This document shows, piece by piece, positions 63,084-64,000 of a DNA stretch of 64,000 nt (positions are counted from its first letter, which is position 1; every line of letters begins with the position of its first letter). The notes under the pieces were generated by a model. It was not told the DNA's origin, searched no databases, and was given only the letters and a program-made list of their open reading frames with translations. The translations under genes were made by a program, and so were the position numbers. The DNA comes from Chloroflexota bacterium (GTDB lineage Bacteria; Chloroflexota; Anaerolineae; Anaerolineales; UBA4823), in assembly GCA_029265355.1 (NCBI GenBank), contig JAJUJL010000002.1, forward strand, positions 332,803 to 396,802, given 5' to 3'.

Positions 63084-64000
63084 ATGATGAAAAAATTCTT
63101 GCGCGTCACCGTAATGATCTTGACTGCCTTGCTGGGTCTTGTTGTGATCGTTCCTCTGATCATCCCCTTACCGCCAGAGGGCGAGCGCTTCCCGGCGGAG
63201 GCGCTGGCAGACGAAGACAGTCAATTCGTCACTTTGGATGGCATCCAGGTGCATTACAAGGCTGCTGGCAGCGGCGAGCCAGTATATTTGCTGCTGCATG
63301 GCTTTCTTGCCAACACGTACACCTGGCACCGCGTGTTCGATGATTTGTCTAAAAGCGGACGCGTGATCGCCTTCGACCGCCCGGCTTTCGGGCTGTCGGG
63401 GCGCCCGCTGGAGTGGGAGGGGCAAAACCCGTACAGCATGGCCTCCCAGGTGGATCTGGCGCTGGCGCTGCTCGATCACCTGGGGGTGGAAAAAGCCGTA
63501 CTGGTGGGCAACTCCGCCGGCGGCACGGTGGCGGCTGAGATCGCCCTGGCGCACCCCGAACGCGTCCAGGCGCTGGTGCTGGTGGATGCCGCCATCTACA
63601 CCGGCGGCGGCGCGCCGGACTGGGTCAAGCCGCTGCTGGCGACCCCCCAGGCGCGCCGCATCGGATTGTTCGTGGTGCGCCGCATCACCAGCGGTGGCAG
63701 CGTGAGCAGACTGATCGACCTGGCATGGCATGACCCCACCCAGGTGAGCATGGAGACCCTCGAAGGCTACCGTACCACCTTCCAGGTAGAGAACTGGGAT
63801 AAAGCGCTGTGGGAGTTCACCCTGGCGAGCCGTGAGAGCGGCCTGGCGGAACGCATCCAACAGGTGCAGGCGCCTGTGCTGGTGCTCACCGGCGACGATG
63901 ACCGCATCGTGCCCACCGAAGACAGCATCCGCCTGGCAGGCGAGATTCCCGGGGCGGAGTTGGTGATTTTTCCCAATTGCGGTCACGTGCCGCAGGAGGA
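63084..64000 (+). CDS. Alpha/beta-fold hydrolase, 3'-truncated by the window end (not in the ORF track)
   Basis: My own translation from the ATG at 63084 is MMKKFLRVTVMILTALLGLVV...VYLLLHGFLANTYTWHRV...LVGNSAGG (GxSxG)...LTGDDDRIVP...NCGHVPQE. The frame is open to base 64000. Confidence 0.8.
   Translation, partial: MMKKFLRVTVMILTALLGLVVIVPLIIPLPPEGERFPAEALADEDSQFVTLDGIQVHYKAAGSGEPVYLLLHGFLANTYTWHRVFDDLSKSGRVIAFDRPAFGLSGRPLEWEGQNPYSMASQVDLALALLDHLGVEKAVLVGNSAGGTVAAEIALAHPERVQALVLVDAAIYTGGGAPDWVKPLLATPQARRIGLFVVRRITSGGSVSRLIDLAWHDPTQVSMETLEGYRTTFQVENWDKALWEFTLASRESGLAERIQQVQAPVLVLTGDDDRIVPTEDSIRLAGEIPGAELVIFPNCGHVPQE

Noticed and set aside
63168-63986. A 272-aa minus-strand ORF is the only track entry covering the window end.
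   Set aside because: The plus strand from the ATG at 63084 encodes a clear alpha/beta hydrolase (HG oxyanion motif, GNSAGG elbow, C-terminal GHVPQE) that is open to the window edge. The minus ORF is its shadow.
1-64000. I searched for tRNA, rRNA, CRISPR arrays, prophage genes and toxin-antitoxin or known defence-system genes.
   Set aside because: No T-loop-like GGTTCGAATCC-type sequences occur in the intergenic regions. I noticed no regularly spaced direct repeats and no phage or integrase genes. The absence rests on visual inspection only, so tRNAscan, Infernal, and PADLOC or DefenseFinder should be run to confirm it.

Overview
GC-rich bacterial chromosomal window. I see about 57 protein-coding genes and, by eye, no rRNA, tRNA, CRISPR array, transposase or integrase. 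The gene style (LVIVD propeller proteins, an Flp pilin, many ATGA-coupled genes, SD-less starts) reminds me of Chloroflexota, but that is an impression only. All coordinates were anchored on the supplied ORF track. No searches or folding programs were run, so family calls rest on motifs I recognise by eye.

Layout:
- 0.05-3.1 kb: small AsnC-type domain protein, then a PAS-GAF histidine kinase and NarL-type regulator.
- 3.6-14.9 kb: complete hyfABCDEFGHIJ-like group-4 [NiFe]-hydrogenase operon plus hycI.
- 14.9-29.1 kb: mixed accessory-looking genes. These include a CBS protein, an LVIVD propeller, zinc-ribbon proteins, hydrolases, an S8 protease, an unknown membrane pair, an Flp pilin missing from the ORF track, and an FAD oxidoreductase.
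- 29.2-42.2 kb: one 13-kb minus-strand operon. Order is RpiR regulator, opine-dehydrogenase-like enzyme, 1235-aa B12-domain/GlmE-like/GlmL-like fusion, Opp/Dpp-type ABC importer, C45 Ntn-hydrolase.
- 42.5-53.8 kb: thiolase/DUF35 pair, LMW phosphatase, 7TM-PAS-GGDEF protein, DUF385 oxidoreductase, SDR-DUF2867, APH(6)-like kinase, thioesterase, M48 peptidase and others.
- 53.9-59.0 kb: 1676-aa secreted protein with eight tandem modules.
- 59.2-64 kb: PabB-PabC fusion, an MBL hydrolase, and an alpha/beta hydrolase that runs off the window.

Best candidates for something undescribed:
- The fused cobalamin-mutase-like protein and its operon.
- A structured element of about 160 nt, present twice at about 89% identity. 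Both copies sit in the same orientation immediately upstream of two different oxidoreductase/lipoprotein operons.
- A shared extreme C-terminal YxxLPLxxR[NK] tail on the two largest secreted proteins.
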